Below are positions 25,584-34,519 of a DNA stretch of 64,000 nt, in pieces. A program made the position numbers and the translations under genes. Position 1 is the first letter of the stretch; every line of letters begins with the position of its first letter. This stretch comes from an uncultured Candidatus Actinomarina sp. Its GTDB lineage: Bacteria > Actinomycetota > Acidimicrobiia > Actinomarinales > Actinomarinaceae. The notes beneath the pieces are model-generated. The model saw nothing but the letters and a program-made list of their open reading frames with translations. It was not told the DNA's origin and did not search any database. Where the stretch lies: assembly GCA_902521955.1 (NCBI GenBank), contig CABYTP010000002.1:55404-119403 (forward strand), given 5' to 3'.

Positions 25584-26213
25584 CTAATTTTTTACTATGT
25601 CTGTAAAGCCTAACTCTACAGGTGTTTCCCGTCCAAATATATTAACTAAAACTGTGACTTTTGATTGATCTAAATTAATTTCTTCAATAATTCCATTAAA
25701 GTCTGCAAATGGTCCAGTAGTAACTCGTACTGTTTCTCCCACTTCAAAGTCTGGTTTAAATTTAGGAGATTCTTTTTTAAGTTCAACTTCTTCATTGGAT
25801 CCTAAAATTCTTTCAATTTCTCTCCTGGATAAAGAAATAGGAACTTTTCCAGATCCAACAAAACCGATAATTGAGGGGGTATTTCTAATTTCGTACCAGG
25901 TTGTGTCATCAAGATCCATTCTGACTAGAACGTATCCTGGAAATGTTTTCTTTTCTAAATTAACTTTTTTACCATTCCTAATTTCAACAACCTCGTCAGT
26001 TGGAATAACAACATCGTAAACTTTGTCTTCAAGATGAAGGTTTTTTATTCTTGTAAGAATATTGGTTCTAACTTTTTTTTCATGTCCTGATTGGGCATTT
26101 AATACATACCATTCACCAGGTAAATCATAAGGGTGTGTGGGAGCAGATTCTACCTCTAGAACCTCTTCTTCAGAATTTTCTACTTCTTCTGTTGTTGCTG
26201 TTTCTTCTAACAT
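25584..26213 (-). CDS. nusG: transcription termination/antitermination factor NusG
   Basis: NGN domain plus a C-terminal KOW motif ([16 protein letters not shown]); acidic N-terminal extension. Confidence 0.93.
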   Translation of the reverse strand: MLEETATTEEVENSEEEVLEVESAPTHPYDLPGEWYVLNAQSGHEKKVRTNILTRIKNLHLEDKVYDVVIPTDEVVEIRNGKKVNLEKKTFPGYVLVRMDLDDTTWYEIRNTPSIIGFVGSGKVPISLSRREIERILGSNEEVELKKESPKFKPDFEVGETVRVTTGPFADFNGIIEEINLDQSKVTVLVNIFGRETPVELGFTDIVKN

Positions 26214-26515
26214 TATCCTCCGAAAGATAACAGATTAATCAAAGTATTTTTAAAACTAAAGTCCATTCCAAAAATAAAAATTGTAAAAAAAGCAATCGTA
26301 ACAATAGTAACGACAGTAAAAGATGTCAGGGTTGAAGAGGTAGGCCAATTAACTCTTTTCAATTCTGTTTTTACTTCTCCTAAGTAGTTAGCAACTCTTT
26401 TGAGCCTTGAAACTTTTTCTCCAGATTGGTACTTTCCAACATTTCTGTCAGATTTCTTTGCCAGACGCTCTTCACGCTCTGACATTCTTCTCATTTCTCT
26501 ATTCATTTCATTCAT
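26213..26515 (-). CDS. secE: preprotein translocase subunit SecE
   Basis: C-terminal single TM after a KR-rich region. The start was trimmed to the ATG at 26515, because the longer track ORF overlaps tRNA-Trp. Confidence 0.8.
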   Translation of the reverse strand: MNEMNREMRRMSEREERLAKKSDRNVGKYQSGEKVSRLKRVANYLGEVKTELKRVNWPTSSTLTSFTVVTIVTIAFFTIFIFGMDFSFKNTLINLLSFGG

Positions 26516-26525
26516 AATTACCTCT

Positions 26526-26599
26526 GCAGGGGCGGTGAGACTCGAACTCACAACCTACGGTTTTGGAGACCGTCGCTCTGCCAATTAGAGCTACACCCC
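26526..26599 (-). tRNA. tRNA-Trp (CCA)
   Basis: Cloverleaf read by hand: AGGGGTG acceptor, anticodon loop cuCCAaa, T-arm GTTCGAGT; conserved position upstream of secE. Confidence 0.85.
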
Positions 26600-26603
26600 T
26601 TAG

Positions 26604-26978
26604 CTATTGCTCTTTCTCTAAATTGTTAGACGAGCGCTTCTTTCCAAATATTAAAAATAGAATTGATAATATTCCGAGCAATGTCAATAATATTATTTTT
26701 GTGCTCTTACTTGTAGTAGTTTTTACTTTTTTATCTAGAGATGACATTACTTTTGATGCAAAATCTGATGGAACTTCTATATCTTTATTTAACTCATTAT
26801 CTAATTCCTCTTTAAAGGCTTTGTATCGTTTACCAGCAACTTGACATTTAATACAAGAAGAAGCATGGATATTGTCATCAAATCCAAAGTACGAATTACT
26901 CAAATAAGAAGAAAGCATCTTGTTTCTTGTTCTTTTGCATAGAATATTTTTTTTAAAGTTAAAAAGAAAATTTTTCAT
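26604..26978 (-). CDS. zinc-binding (ZAS-type) membrane-anchored anti-sigma factor
   Basis: H-x3-C-x2-C motif (HASSCIKCQ), C-terminal TM helix, ATGA overlap with the upstream ECF sigma gene. Confidence 0.6.
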   Translation of the reverse strand: MKNFLFNFKKNILCKRTRNKMLSSYLSNSYFGFDDNIHASSCIKCQVAGKRYKAFKEELDNELNKDIEVPSDFASKVMSSLDKKVKTTTSKSTKIILLTLLGILSILFLIFGKKRSSNNLEKEQ

Positions 26979-27559
26979 CTATCAACCTCTTCTAAAATAA
27001 GCCTTAATTTCTGATGTGCTCTATGAAGTCTTACTTTTGCAGCAGTGACACTAATGTCTAAATAGTCAGCAATTTCTTTATGTGACCTACCTTCAATATT
27101 TTTAAGTTCAACAATTATTCTCTGTTCTATAGGAAGCTTGTCCAAAGCATTAACTAAGACAGAAGACAAGTCAGAATTGATAGCAACTAGTTCAGGGTCT
27201 TTTTTTTCATCAATAACAATTGGCTCATATGTATCATCAATATTTAAAGTATTGTGTTTTTTTGCTTTTTTTCTTAATGTCCAAGCCGTATTGACAGTTA
27301 TTCGGTAAATCCATGTACTAAAAGTAGAATCACCTCTAAATTTTTCAATTGCTTTCCAAGCCCTAATAAAAGATTCTTGTGCAACATCATTAGCCATCTC
27401 TCTATTGCCGGTCAGCTTGTATGCTAAAGAAAAAACAAGTTCCTGATGTCTAATTACAAGCTGTTCAAATGCAGCTTTTTCTCCTAATTGGGATTTTTTA
27501 ACAAGTTCGGAATTAGATATTCCCTCACCGCTATTGTTCAATTTAGATATAGTACTCAT
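26975..27559 (-). CDS. ECF-family RNA polymerase sigma factor
   Basis: Sigma-70 region 2 (…FIRAWKAIEKFRGDSTFSTWIYRITVN…) and region 4 HTH (…SHKEIADYLDISVTAAKVRLHRA…). Confidence 0.88.
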   Translation of the reverse strand: MSTISKLNNSGEGISNSELVKKSQLGEKAAFEQLVIRHQELVFSLAYKLTGNREMANDVAQESFIRAWKAIEKFRGDSTFSTWIYRITVNTAWTLRKKAKKHNTLNIDDTYEPIVIDEKKDPELVAINSDLSSVLVNALDKLPIEQRIIVELKNIEGRSHKEIADYLDISVTAAKVRLHRAHQKLRLILEEVDR

Positions 27560-27596
27560 TCCTTTAACTAAGAATAATTATGAAAAAACAATAAAG

Positions 27597-27758
27597 CTAT
27601 CTTTTTTCTCTATGAAGTTGATGTTTTCTACAAATAGAACAATATTTATTAAATTCCATTCTGTCAGGAACATTTGTCTTGTTTTTTGTAGTCACGTAAT
27701 TATGTGCTTTACACTCTGTGCAAATCATTGTTAAAGGTGGTCTCTTGTCTGAAGCCAT
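27597..27758 (-). CDS. rpmG: 50S ribosomal protein L33
   Basis: 53-aa ORF missed by the track: [53 protein letters not shown], with CxxC...CxxC zinc ribbon. Confidence 0.88.
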   Translation of the reverse strand: MASDKRPPLTMICTECKAHNYVTTKNKTNVPDRMEFNKYCSICRKHQLHREKR

Positions 27759-27781
27759 CTTCTTCTCCTTTTTTAACTTGT

Positions 27782-27855
27782 AGCGGCGGGCAGACTTGAA
27801 CTGCCGACCTCACGATTATGAGTCGTGCGCTCTTACCAACTGAGCTACGCCGCCA
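27782..27855 (-). tRNA. tRNA-Met (CAT), elongator type (tRNA-Ile2 not excluded)
   Basis: GGCGGCGTAGCTCAGTTGGTAAGAGC..ctCATaa..GGTTCAAGTC cloverleaf on the minus strand. Confidence 0.8.
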
Positions 27856-27876
27856 TAAGACTTAGTTTAGCCTCTG

Positions 27877-27949
27877 AGCCCTCTTCCGGGATTGAACCGG
27901 AGACCTCTTCCTTACCATGGAAGTGCTCTACCGACTGAGCTAAGAGGGC
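27877..27949 (-). tRNA. tRNA-Thr (GGT)
   Basis: GCCCTCTTAGCTCAGTCGGTAGAGC...anticodon loop atGGTaa...GGTTCAATCC. Confidence 0.8.
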
Positions 27950-27953
27950 AAAG

Positions 27954-28035
27954 TGCCGAGAGTAGGATTCGAACCTACGAAGGCGTAGCCGGCAGATTTA
28001 CAGTCTGCTCCCTTTGGCCGCTCGGGCATCTCGGC
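27954..28035 (-). tRNA. tRNA-Tyr (GTA)
   Basis: Long variable arm; anticodon loop acuGUAaa; GGTTCGAATCC T-arm. Confidence 0.82.
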
Positions 28036-28114
28036 ATAACAATAAAGTCTATATAGAGTTTAGATTATAAATAAAAATTAGTGAGATGAATTTTTATTTG
28101 ATTAGGATTATTTT

Positions 28115-29101
28115 ATGGATAAAAAAATACATAAATTAATTAATAAATGGCTTGATAACCATGTTATTTCTCAATCTGTATATGACGAAATTCTAAAGTT
28201 TGAAAAAGATGCAAATCCATCACAAAAATCCAAAGTTGCCAGAGCAATAACATTAATAGGTAGCCTTTTTGTACTTTCTGGTTTACTTGGAACCCTGCCA
28301 CTAATTTGGGACAATTTAGCTTATTGGGCACAATTAATCCTTTTAATTGTAACAACTACGTTTTTAATTTATGCAGCAAACTATAGTGAAAAATTTGAAG
28401 ACAGAAATTTATTTATATTTAAATCTTCTGAGAGGGTTTCGTCTGTTCTTTATCTAATATCAACTATTTCATTTGCGTCAGTTGTTGTGTTCTCCTTAAA
28501 TATTTTGAGTACAACAAAACTGGTCAACTTTTCAGATGATACTTCAATTTTAATAGCTTCCTTTTTTGTTCTAATTTATGCAATATATTTATATATAAGG
28601 ACAGGATTAATTTTTCAACACATTGCTCTCTTTTACACATCAATATTTTTCTTAGGATCATTAGGTAATTTAATTTTTCCAAATATAGAACCATGGGCTG
28701 GTGGTTTGTTCTTGTTTTCAACTGGTTTGATTTGGGGTCTTTACACTCTGAATGAAGTTCTTGAACCAAGTTGGTTAGGATATTTACTTGCATCATCAAC
28801 TCTTTCAATTGGCTCAATAATTTTTATTAACGATCTAGTTGGAAGTAATAATTTACTAGAAATTATCTTGCTTATATTTGGTTCCGTTATTTTTGTATGG
28901 GGAAGCATTAAACTTTCTGAGCAAGTCATATTCTTTATAGGCGGTCTAGGTTTAATCATTAATCTTCCAAGACTAATAACTGAGTTACTTCCTGATAATA
29001 TCTGGCCTCCTTTGATTTTATTCATGGTGGGTGGAGTATTAGTTGCTGTTGGACTTTATTTAAATTCCATAAGAGAAAATTTAAAAATTAATGCCAAATA
29101 A
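28115..29101 (+). CDS. hypothetical polytopic membrane protein (about 8 TM, ~55-aa cytoplasmic N-terminal domain)
   Basis: Long ORF with regular hydrophobic segments; no recognisable catalytic motif. Confidence 0.6.
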   Translation: MDKKIHKLINKWLDNHVISQSVYDEILKFEKDANPSQKSKVARAITLIGSLFVLSGLLGTLPLIWDNLAYWAQLILLIVTTTFLIYAANYSEKFEDRNLFIFKSSERVSSVLYLISTISFASVVVFSLNILSTTKLVNFSDDTSILIASFFVLIYAIYLYIRTGLIFQHIALFYTSIFFLGSLGNLIFPNIEPWAGGLFLFSTGLIWGLYTLNEVLEPSWLGYLLASSTLSIGSIIFINDLVGSNNLLEIILLIFGSVIFVWGSIKLSEQVIFFIGGLGLIINLPRLITELLPDNIWPPLILFMVGGVLVAVGLYLNSIRENLKINAK

Positions 29102-29858
29102 ACGTCTTCTTTTTATTTCTACAGGAATTCTTTTAGTTACTACTTTAATAGTTGGTATGTTTGGGGTGGTACCTCTACCTGAATATGATTTAATTACAGA
29201 AGATTATAATTTTGAAGGAAAGGTCATTTATCATGTTGAAGTTCAAACAAAAAATATTATCCCACCAGCTCCAGATATTATGGATAATTGCATTTTATAT
29301 GTAGATCTTTCAGAAAAACCTATAAAAGAAAAAAAGATAATTTGTAATAGTGATCTTTATGACTATTCATACGATATTTATTTTTATGATGCTGAAATAT
29401 ATCAAGAAAACAGCATTCTTTTGAGATACTGGGATTCACAATCGGATAATGAACAAAAAGCCCTATTGGTAAATATTGACACTGGTCAAGTAACTGATGA
29501 AATAGCACTCAATTTTTCAAATTATGAAAATAATAAAATGAACGTCTACGGTGAAAAATTAATTGAACCTTGGGATACATCTGATTATGAAACAAGATTA
29601 ATTGGAATCTACTATGTAAATAGAACTGAAACAATAGAAGTTTTTAGTTCGAAAGCCCCTACTAATTATTATTATGAATCTCTCCATTGGTCACCAGATG
29701 GAAATAATATCATTGCCGGTGACTCAGAAAATAATCTCATCATATTTTCAAAAGATAAAACATCTAAGCCCGCGCAAATAGATTTTGAAAATTTGCAAAT
29801 TGAGATGTTTGATGATGATAGAAGAGTGTTAATTGGTGTATTGGGATGGACAAATTAA
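29091..29858 (+). CDS. hypothetical N-terminally anchored extracytoplasmic protein
   Basis: Single N-terminal TM (LLFISTGILLVTTLIVGMFGVV); start overlaps the stop of the upstream membrane protein (ATGCCAAATAA). Confidence 0.55.
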   Translation: MPNKRLLFISTGILLVTTLIVGMFGVVPLPEYDLITEDYNFEGKVIYHVEVQTKNIIPPAPDIMDNCILYVDLSEKPIKEKKIICNSDLYDYSYDIYFYDAEIYQENSILLRYWDSQSDNEQKALLVNIDTGQVTDEIALNFSNYENNKMNVYGEKLIEPWDTSDYETRLIGIYYVNRTETIEVFSSKAPTNYYYESLHWSPDGNNIIAGDSENNLIIFSKDKTSKPAQIDFENLQIEMFDDDRRVLIGVLGWTN

Positions 29859-30811
29859 TTAAAAGGTTTTTTTGGCCTTACTCCAATCTCGCTGATTACA
29901 TAAGCTGCGCTCTTATTAGCAATTTCAGCAGATTCATTTATAGATAATTTTTTTTGAAGACCGTATAGATACCCTGCAGCAAAAAAATCTCCTGCGCCAG
30001 TTTTATCATTAACTATTGTATCCGTTGCCCCAAAACTATACTCTTGATCATTTGCTAAAATCAAGACTCCCTCTGGACCAAGAGTGCATATTAGCTGTTC
30101 GACATTAGGAAAGTTTTCTAAGAAGTGTTTAATTGAACCATTAGTGGAATCAGATTGAAAAAGGCTATTTAGTTCGTCCTCATTGCAGAAAACATAATCG
30201 ATATTGCTTTTGATGAATTCAATAAAACTATCTCTATGGAGGTCAACGCAAAATACATCTGACAAACTTATAGCATTTTTCCCTCCTGTTTCTTTATTGT
30301 GTTTAGCAGCCTGTAAAAAAGCAGACTTACTTGATGGTTTATCCCATAAATATCCTTCCATATAAACAATTTCTGCTTTTTCTAATTCATCATTGTCTAA
30401 ATCTTCAACTGATAAATGCTCTCCTGCTCCAAGATATGTATTCATAGTTCTTTCTCCATCTGGAGTAATAAAAATTGCACAAAGACCCGTTTGATTGTTT
30501 TCATTTTCATAGACGGTTAAATCTTTTAGGCCTGAATCTTTTAAACTTGATTGGAACTGTTCTCCAAGATCGTCGTTTGATATTTTTCCAATAAATCCTG
30601 CTTGTCCACCAAGTTGGGAAATCCAGTATGCAGTATTAGCAGCAGATCCGCCAGCTTCATAAACTGGATTATTCATATTATGAAGAAGAAAGTTTGAACG
30701 ATCTTTGTCTACTAGAGTCATTCTTGCTTTATTTAAATTTAATTCATCAATTTTAGACTCTTCAATTTGCTGTAAAGAATCAACAAGAGCATTGCCAATA
30801 CAAATTATCAC
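29855..30811 (-). CDS. PfkB-family carbohydrate/nucleoside kinase
   Basis: C-terminal DTTGAGD-like motif (NDKTGAGDFFAAGYLYG) and N-terminal GG dipeptide region typical of the ribokinase/adenosine-kinase fold. Confidence 0.8.
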   Translation of the reverse strand: MIICIGNALVDSLQQIEESKIDELNLNKARMTLVDKDRSNFLLHNMNNPVYEAGGSAANTAYWISQLGGQAGFIGKISNDDLGEQFQSSLKDSGLKDLTVYENENNQTGLCAIFITPDGERTMNTYLGAGEHLSVEDLDNDELEKAEIVYMEGYLWDKPSSKSAFLQAAKHNKETGGKNAISLSDVFCVDLHRDSFIEFIKSNIDYVFCNEDELNSLFQSDSTNGSIKHFLENFPNVEQLICTLGPEGVLILANDQEYSFGATDTIVNDKTGAGDFFAAGYLYGLQKKLSINESAEIANKSAAYVISEIGVRPKKPFN

Positions 30812-30820
30812 AGCTAAATT

Positions 30821-31171
30821 TTAGATGATTTGTCCAGGTTTTCCTTCAGAATTAAAAATTTTTTCTGTAAAGTTTTGAAGATCTTTCATCCCTCCTGATA
30901 GGTTATAAGATTCAATATCTTGAGATGTTATAAAATTAGTCACCCTGCCAGATCTAGCACCCGAACGACAAACAAAAATATACTTTTCACTATCTTTAAA
31001 TCTATCCATGCTTTCAGTGATAATGCCCATAGGTATGTGCTCGGCGCTTTGGTGGTGACCTGCATTCCATTCATCTTGTTCTCGGACGTCAATAAGCTTA
31101 AAGCCATCTTGAATTAAATTTTCAAGTTGTTCTGGCTCAATAGAAGGTGTGTCACTAATACCGGATACCAC
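30821..31171 (-). CDS. single-domain rhodanese (sulfurtransferase)
   Basis: Active-site loop CRSGARS; 116 aa. Confidence 0.8.
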   Translation of the reverse strand: MVSGISDTPSIEPEQLENLIQDGFKLIDVREQDEWNAGHHQSAEHIPMGIITESMDRFKDSEKYIFVCRSGARSGRVTNFITSQDIESYNLSGGMKDLQNFTEKIFNSEGKPGQII

Positions 31172-31991
31172 TTTGACGCTGCCTTAATCTTTTAACTCTT
31201 TCAATAGTTGGAGGATGTGTAGAAAATAATTTACTGAAGCTATTTCCAGAAAAAGCTTTTAAAGGGTCGGAAATAAACAATGAACTAACAGCTGGATTTA
31301 CATTCATAGGGACTTTTGAAAATCTATCAATCTTTTCAAGTGCAGATGCTAAAGCTAAGGGATTACCCGAAATTTCTGCTCCAGTTTTATCTGCTCCAAA
31401 TTCTCTAGTTCTTGAGATTGCCATTCTGATGATTAAAGATGCTATCGGAGCAGCAATAAAAGCGATGACAATGATGGCTGGATGGGTATTTCTATTTCTG
31501 TTTCCACCACCCCAAAATGCCATCCTAGACATAAAGGAAACTGCGGCAGCTAACATCGCTGCAATGCTTGAAACTAATATATCTCTGTTTTTTATGTGTG
31601 ACAGCTCATGAGCGAGAACCCCTTCGAGTTCATCTCTATTTAGTAAAGTTAATATACCTGTTGTAACAGCTACTTTAGCATTTTTAGGATTCCTTCCAGT
31701 AGCAAATGCGTTGGGTTGATCGCTATCAATTACAAATAATTCAGGCATAGGCATCTTCTCTTTTTGAACAAGATGAGAGATTATTTGAGTAACATCTTGA
31801 AACTCCCCAGTTTCTATAGGTCTAGCTCTTGTTGATTTAATAGCTAAACTGCCGGAAAAAAAATAAATAAAAAAATTAAATACAAGAGCAAAAAATAGTG
31901 CGGATACTAAATCAAAACCAAAGGCAGTTGCTGAGAATAAAACAACTAATGTCATTAAAGTAAGTAATGCAGTAGTTTTTACAAAGTTCAT
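31155..31991 (-). CDS. htpX: M48-family protease HtpX
   Basis: HELSHIKNRD zinc motif between TM segments; 278 aa. Confidence 0.85.
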   Translation of the reverse strand: MNFVKTTALLTLMTLVVLFSATAFGFDLVSALFFALVFNFFIYFFSGSLAIKSTRARPIETGEFQDVTQIISHLVQKEKMPMPELFVIDSDQPNAFATGRNPKNAKVAVTTGILTLLNRDELEGVLAHELSHIKNRDILVSSIAAMLAAAVSFMSRMAFWGGGNRNRNTHPAIIVIAFIAAPIASLIIRMAISRTREFGADKTGAEISGNPLALASALEKIDRFSKVPMNVNPAVSSLFISDPLKAFSGNSFSKLFSTHPPTIERVKRLRQRQSGIRY

Positions 31992-32015
31992 AATTATATT
32001 ATAAAAAACTTAAAT

Positions 32016-33035
32016 TTATATTTTTTCAGCAACTAAACAATAAAAGCCACCTAAGCCGTTGGAGTCAAGAATGGCTTTCAAACCATTAAGTTCTGAATTT
32101 ATTTTTAATCTCTCGATGCCTTCAAGACTGGTGTATTGGTTTTTTAAATCATCATAAATATCGTTAAAACCATTTTCTAACAGAAACTCCCTTTGTTGTT
32201 TTAGAGATACGTTATAGCCAAGAGCTTTTAAATTTTCTTTTACCGCAGAAAAATTAATATCATAAGTGATATCAACATTTCCAGGATCATCTATAGGATC
32301 AACCGATAAATGGTGTTTCTTATAAGTCCTTAGAAGAGATTTGTACTTTCTTTTCTTTCTGTTTTTTTGTTCATAACCGTAGTCAAAAAATAAAAAACTT
32401 TTTGGCTGGAACCTACTAACTAAATTAGCAATTAAATTATCAATATTTGTCTGTAGTTCTACTTCATAAATTTTATTAGGTTCAATTTTATTTAAATTAA
32501 TCCAATTAAGTTGCTCATCTCTTATCGGTTGATAAGCATAGCTGAAATCATCTTTACTGATATCAACTACTTTTTCATACCAATCATTTTCTCTATACAC
32601 ACCTATTGAGCATGGAATATTATCTAATATTTCATTTCCATAAACCAAGTCTGCACTCAAGATATTTAGATCCTCATAAGATTTAACACTTAATATTCCT
32701 TTATTATGAATTACTTTTCTAGCAGTACTAGAAAGCTCAACTGCAGTTATGTTTTTTAAACCTATCTGCTCAATTAATGATCCAGTGCCTGACCCAAATT
32801 CAACAATATTTTCATGAAAGTTTTTACTATCAATCCAGCTTCTAATAACTACTCCAAAGTATTTTGATACTTCAGGAGATGTTAAAAAATCTCCTTTTTC
32901 TGAAGATCTCACATTATCGGTATTAAAAAAACCTAATTCAGAATAAAGTGCCTCTTCCATGAAGGTATCAAAATATATAAATTCATTCCTATGATATTTG
33001 CTTTTAATGTAAGAAGTAAAGTTAGCTGTTGACAA
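32016..33035 (-). CDS. COG1565/DUF185 (MidA/NDUFAF7-like) SAM-dependent methyltransferase
   Basis: KGDFLTSPEVSKYFG motif (family consensus GDFiTsPEiSq.FGe) and glycine-rich SAM loop VEFGSGTGSL. The gene lies 3 nt downstream of the nuoN stop. Confidence 0.7.
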   Translation of the reverse strand: MSTANFTSYIKSKYHRNEFIYFDTFMEEALYSELGFFNTDNVRSSEKGDFLTSPEVSKYFGVVIRSWIDSKNFHENIVEFGSGTGSLIEQIGLKNITAVELSSTARKVIHNKGILSVKSYEDLNILSADLVYGNEILDNIPCSIGVYRENDWYEKVVDISKDDFSYAYQPIRDEQLNWINLNKIEPNKIYEVELQTNIDNLIANLVSRFQPKSFLFFDYGYEQKNRKKRKYKSLLRTYKKHHLSVDPIDDPGNVDITYDINFSAVKENLKALGYNVSLKQQREFLLENGFNDIYDDLKNQYTSLEGIERLKINSELNGLKAILDSNGLGGFYCLVAEKI

Positions 33036-33038
33036 GTT

Positions 33039-34454
33039 TTAATTGCCAAAAAATATTGATGACACTTCACCAAGATAGCTAAAAATTCCTGGAAAAATTC
33101 CTGAAATGAATGTTATTAACACGGTAAAAACTCCCACTACTTTTAAGGGGCTCTCAAATTTAAAGCTAGTTTCTGAATCTACATCCTTCAACTCATCCAT
33201 CCATATAACTTTTGAAATTCTTGCATAGTACACCAAAGCTATAACAGCATTTACTGCGCCAACAATTCCTAGTGTTAATCCTATTGGTTCACCCGTACTG
33301 AGCATACTTCTGAATACAACAAATTTTGCAAACCAACCACCTAGTGGGGGTATGCCAGCCAAGGAAAAAAAGAAAATTGTTGTTAAGACTCCTGTAATAG
33401 GTGATTTTTTTGCTATTCCTCCCCATTCATAAAAATTGGTTGATCCTGCATGGTTACTAAATAATTGAACAGTAAGGAATGCACCTAAATTCATAAATGC
33501 ATAAATAATTAGATAAGTGACACTAGCAAATATTCCATCTTGAAAGTTACCCGTAATACCGGCAACAGAAAGTGGGGCTAATATAAAACCTGCCTGTGCA
33601 ATTGAAGAGTATGCAAGAAGCCTAACTGGGTTAGATTGTTGTAATGCAACAAGATTGCCAAGCGTCATAGTTAGTCCTGCAATAATCGCCAAAATTACTC
33701 CCCAGCTTTCACCAGCACTACTAAAGACTTTTGTGAGCAAAATTATAAGCGCAACAAAACCAGTTGCTTTAGAACTTACAGATAAATAAGCAGTTACGGG
33801 TAATGGAGCTCCCTCATATGTATCTGGTGCCCATGAATGAAAGGGAACAATAGAGATTTTAAATCCTATTCCCGAAATTACCAATATTGCACTTAGCAAT
33901 AACACCGGTGAGGATTGAAGTGCTCCATTAATGATAAATGTAGATATTTCAGAAAAAACAATTTTTCCAGTTAAACCATAGAGAAGTGAAAATCCGTAAA
34001 GTATCAAAGATGCTGACAAAACACCAAGTAAGAAAAATTTTATAGCACCTTCATTAGACTTCCTGTCTCCTTTTTTCCAACCAGAGAGAAGAAACATTGG
34101 AGTGGATGCTAATTCTATTCCAATAAAAATGGTGAGTAAGTCTCTAGATGAGCTGACAATGAGTGCGCCCAAGAGAGAGCTCAACAAAAGATAGTAATAT
34201 TCTCCTTGATAATATTTATCACTTTCTATGAAGTTAATTGAAAGAAGAAATGTTAAATATGTTATCAAAATGAAAAGGCCTTTAAAAATAATAGAAAATT
34301 TATCAACAACAAAACTATCTTCAAATGCATATATTGGATTTGTATAGTTAACCCACTGGACTACAAGAGGTGCAAGTGAAAATAGAGTTCCTAAAAGTGC
34401 AAAAGCAGCTACATAGTACTTCGATCTTCTCGGAAGTATTAGGTCTAAAATCAA
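33039..34454 (-). CDS. nuoN: NADH-quinone oxidoreductase subunit N (cluster 1)
   Basis: 471-aa antiporter-like subunit at the operon end. Confidence 0.85.
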   Translation of the reverse strand: MILDLILPRRSKYYVAAFALLGTLFSLAPLVVQWVNYTNPIYAFEDSFVVDKFSIIFKGLFILITYLTFLLSINFIESDKYYQGEYYYLLLSSLLGALIVSSSRDLLTIFIGIELASTPMFLLSGWKKGDRKSNEGAIKFFLLGVLSASLILYGFSLLYGLTGKIVFSEISTFIINGALQSSPVLLLSAILVISGIGFKISIVPFHSWAPDTYEGAPLPVTAYLSVSSKATGFVALIILLTKVFSSAGESWGVILAIIAGLTMTLGNLVALQQSNPVRLLAYSSIAQAGFILAPLSVAGITGNFQDGIFASVTYLIIYAFMNLGAFLTVQLFSNHAGSTNFYEWGGIAKKSPITGVLTTIFFFSLAGIPPLGGWFAKFVVFRSMLSTGEPIGLTLGIVGAVNAVIALVYYARISKVIWMDELKDVDSETSFKFESPLKVVGVFTVLITFISGIFPGIFSYLGEVSSIFFGN

Positions 34455-34519
34455 AGTACCAACTATTGTAAAAACTACAATAAGTTCAGTAGATATTGCA
34501 AAGTAATTTATAGAAATTT

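Noticed and set aside
2973-26551. Track ORF boundaries for rpmD, rplF, rpsH, rplJ, secE and others that begin at TTG/GTG or extend into the upstream gene.
   Set aside because: The track reports longest ORFs with alternative starts translated as M. Conserved N-termini (for example S8 MNSDPISDFLTRMRNA and L10 MVRKDKVQ) and the tRNA-Trp overlap show the true starts are internal ATGs.
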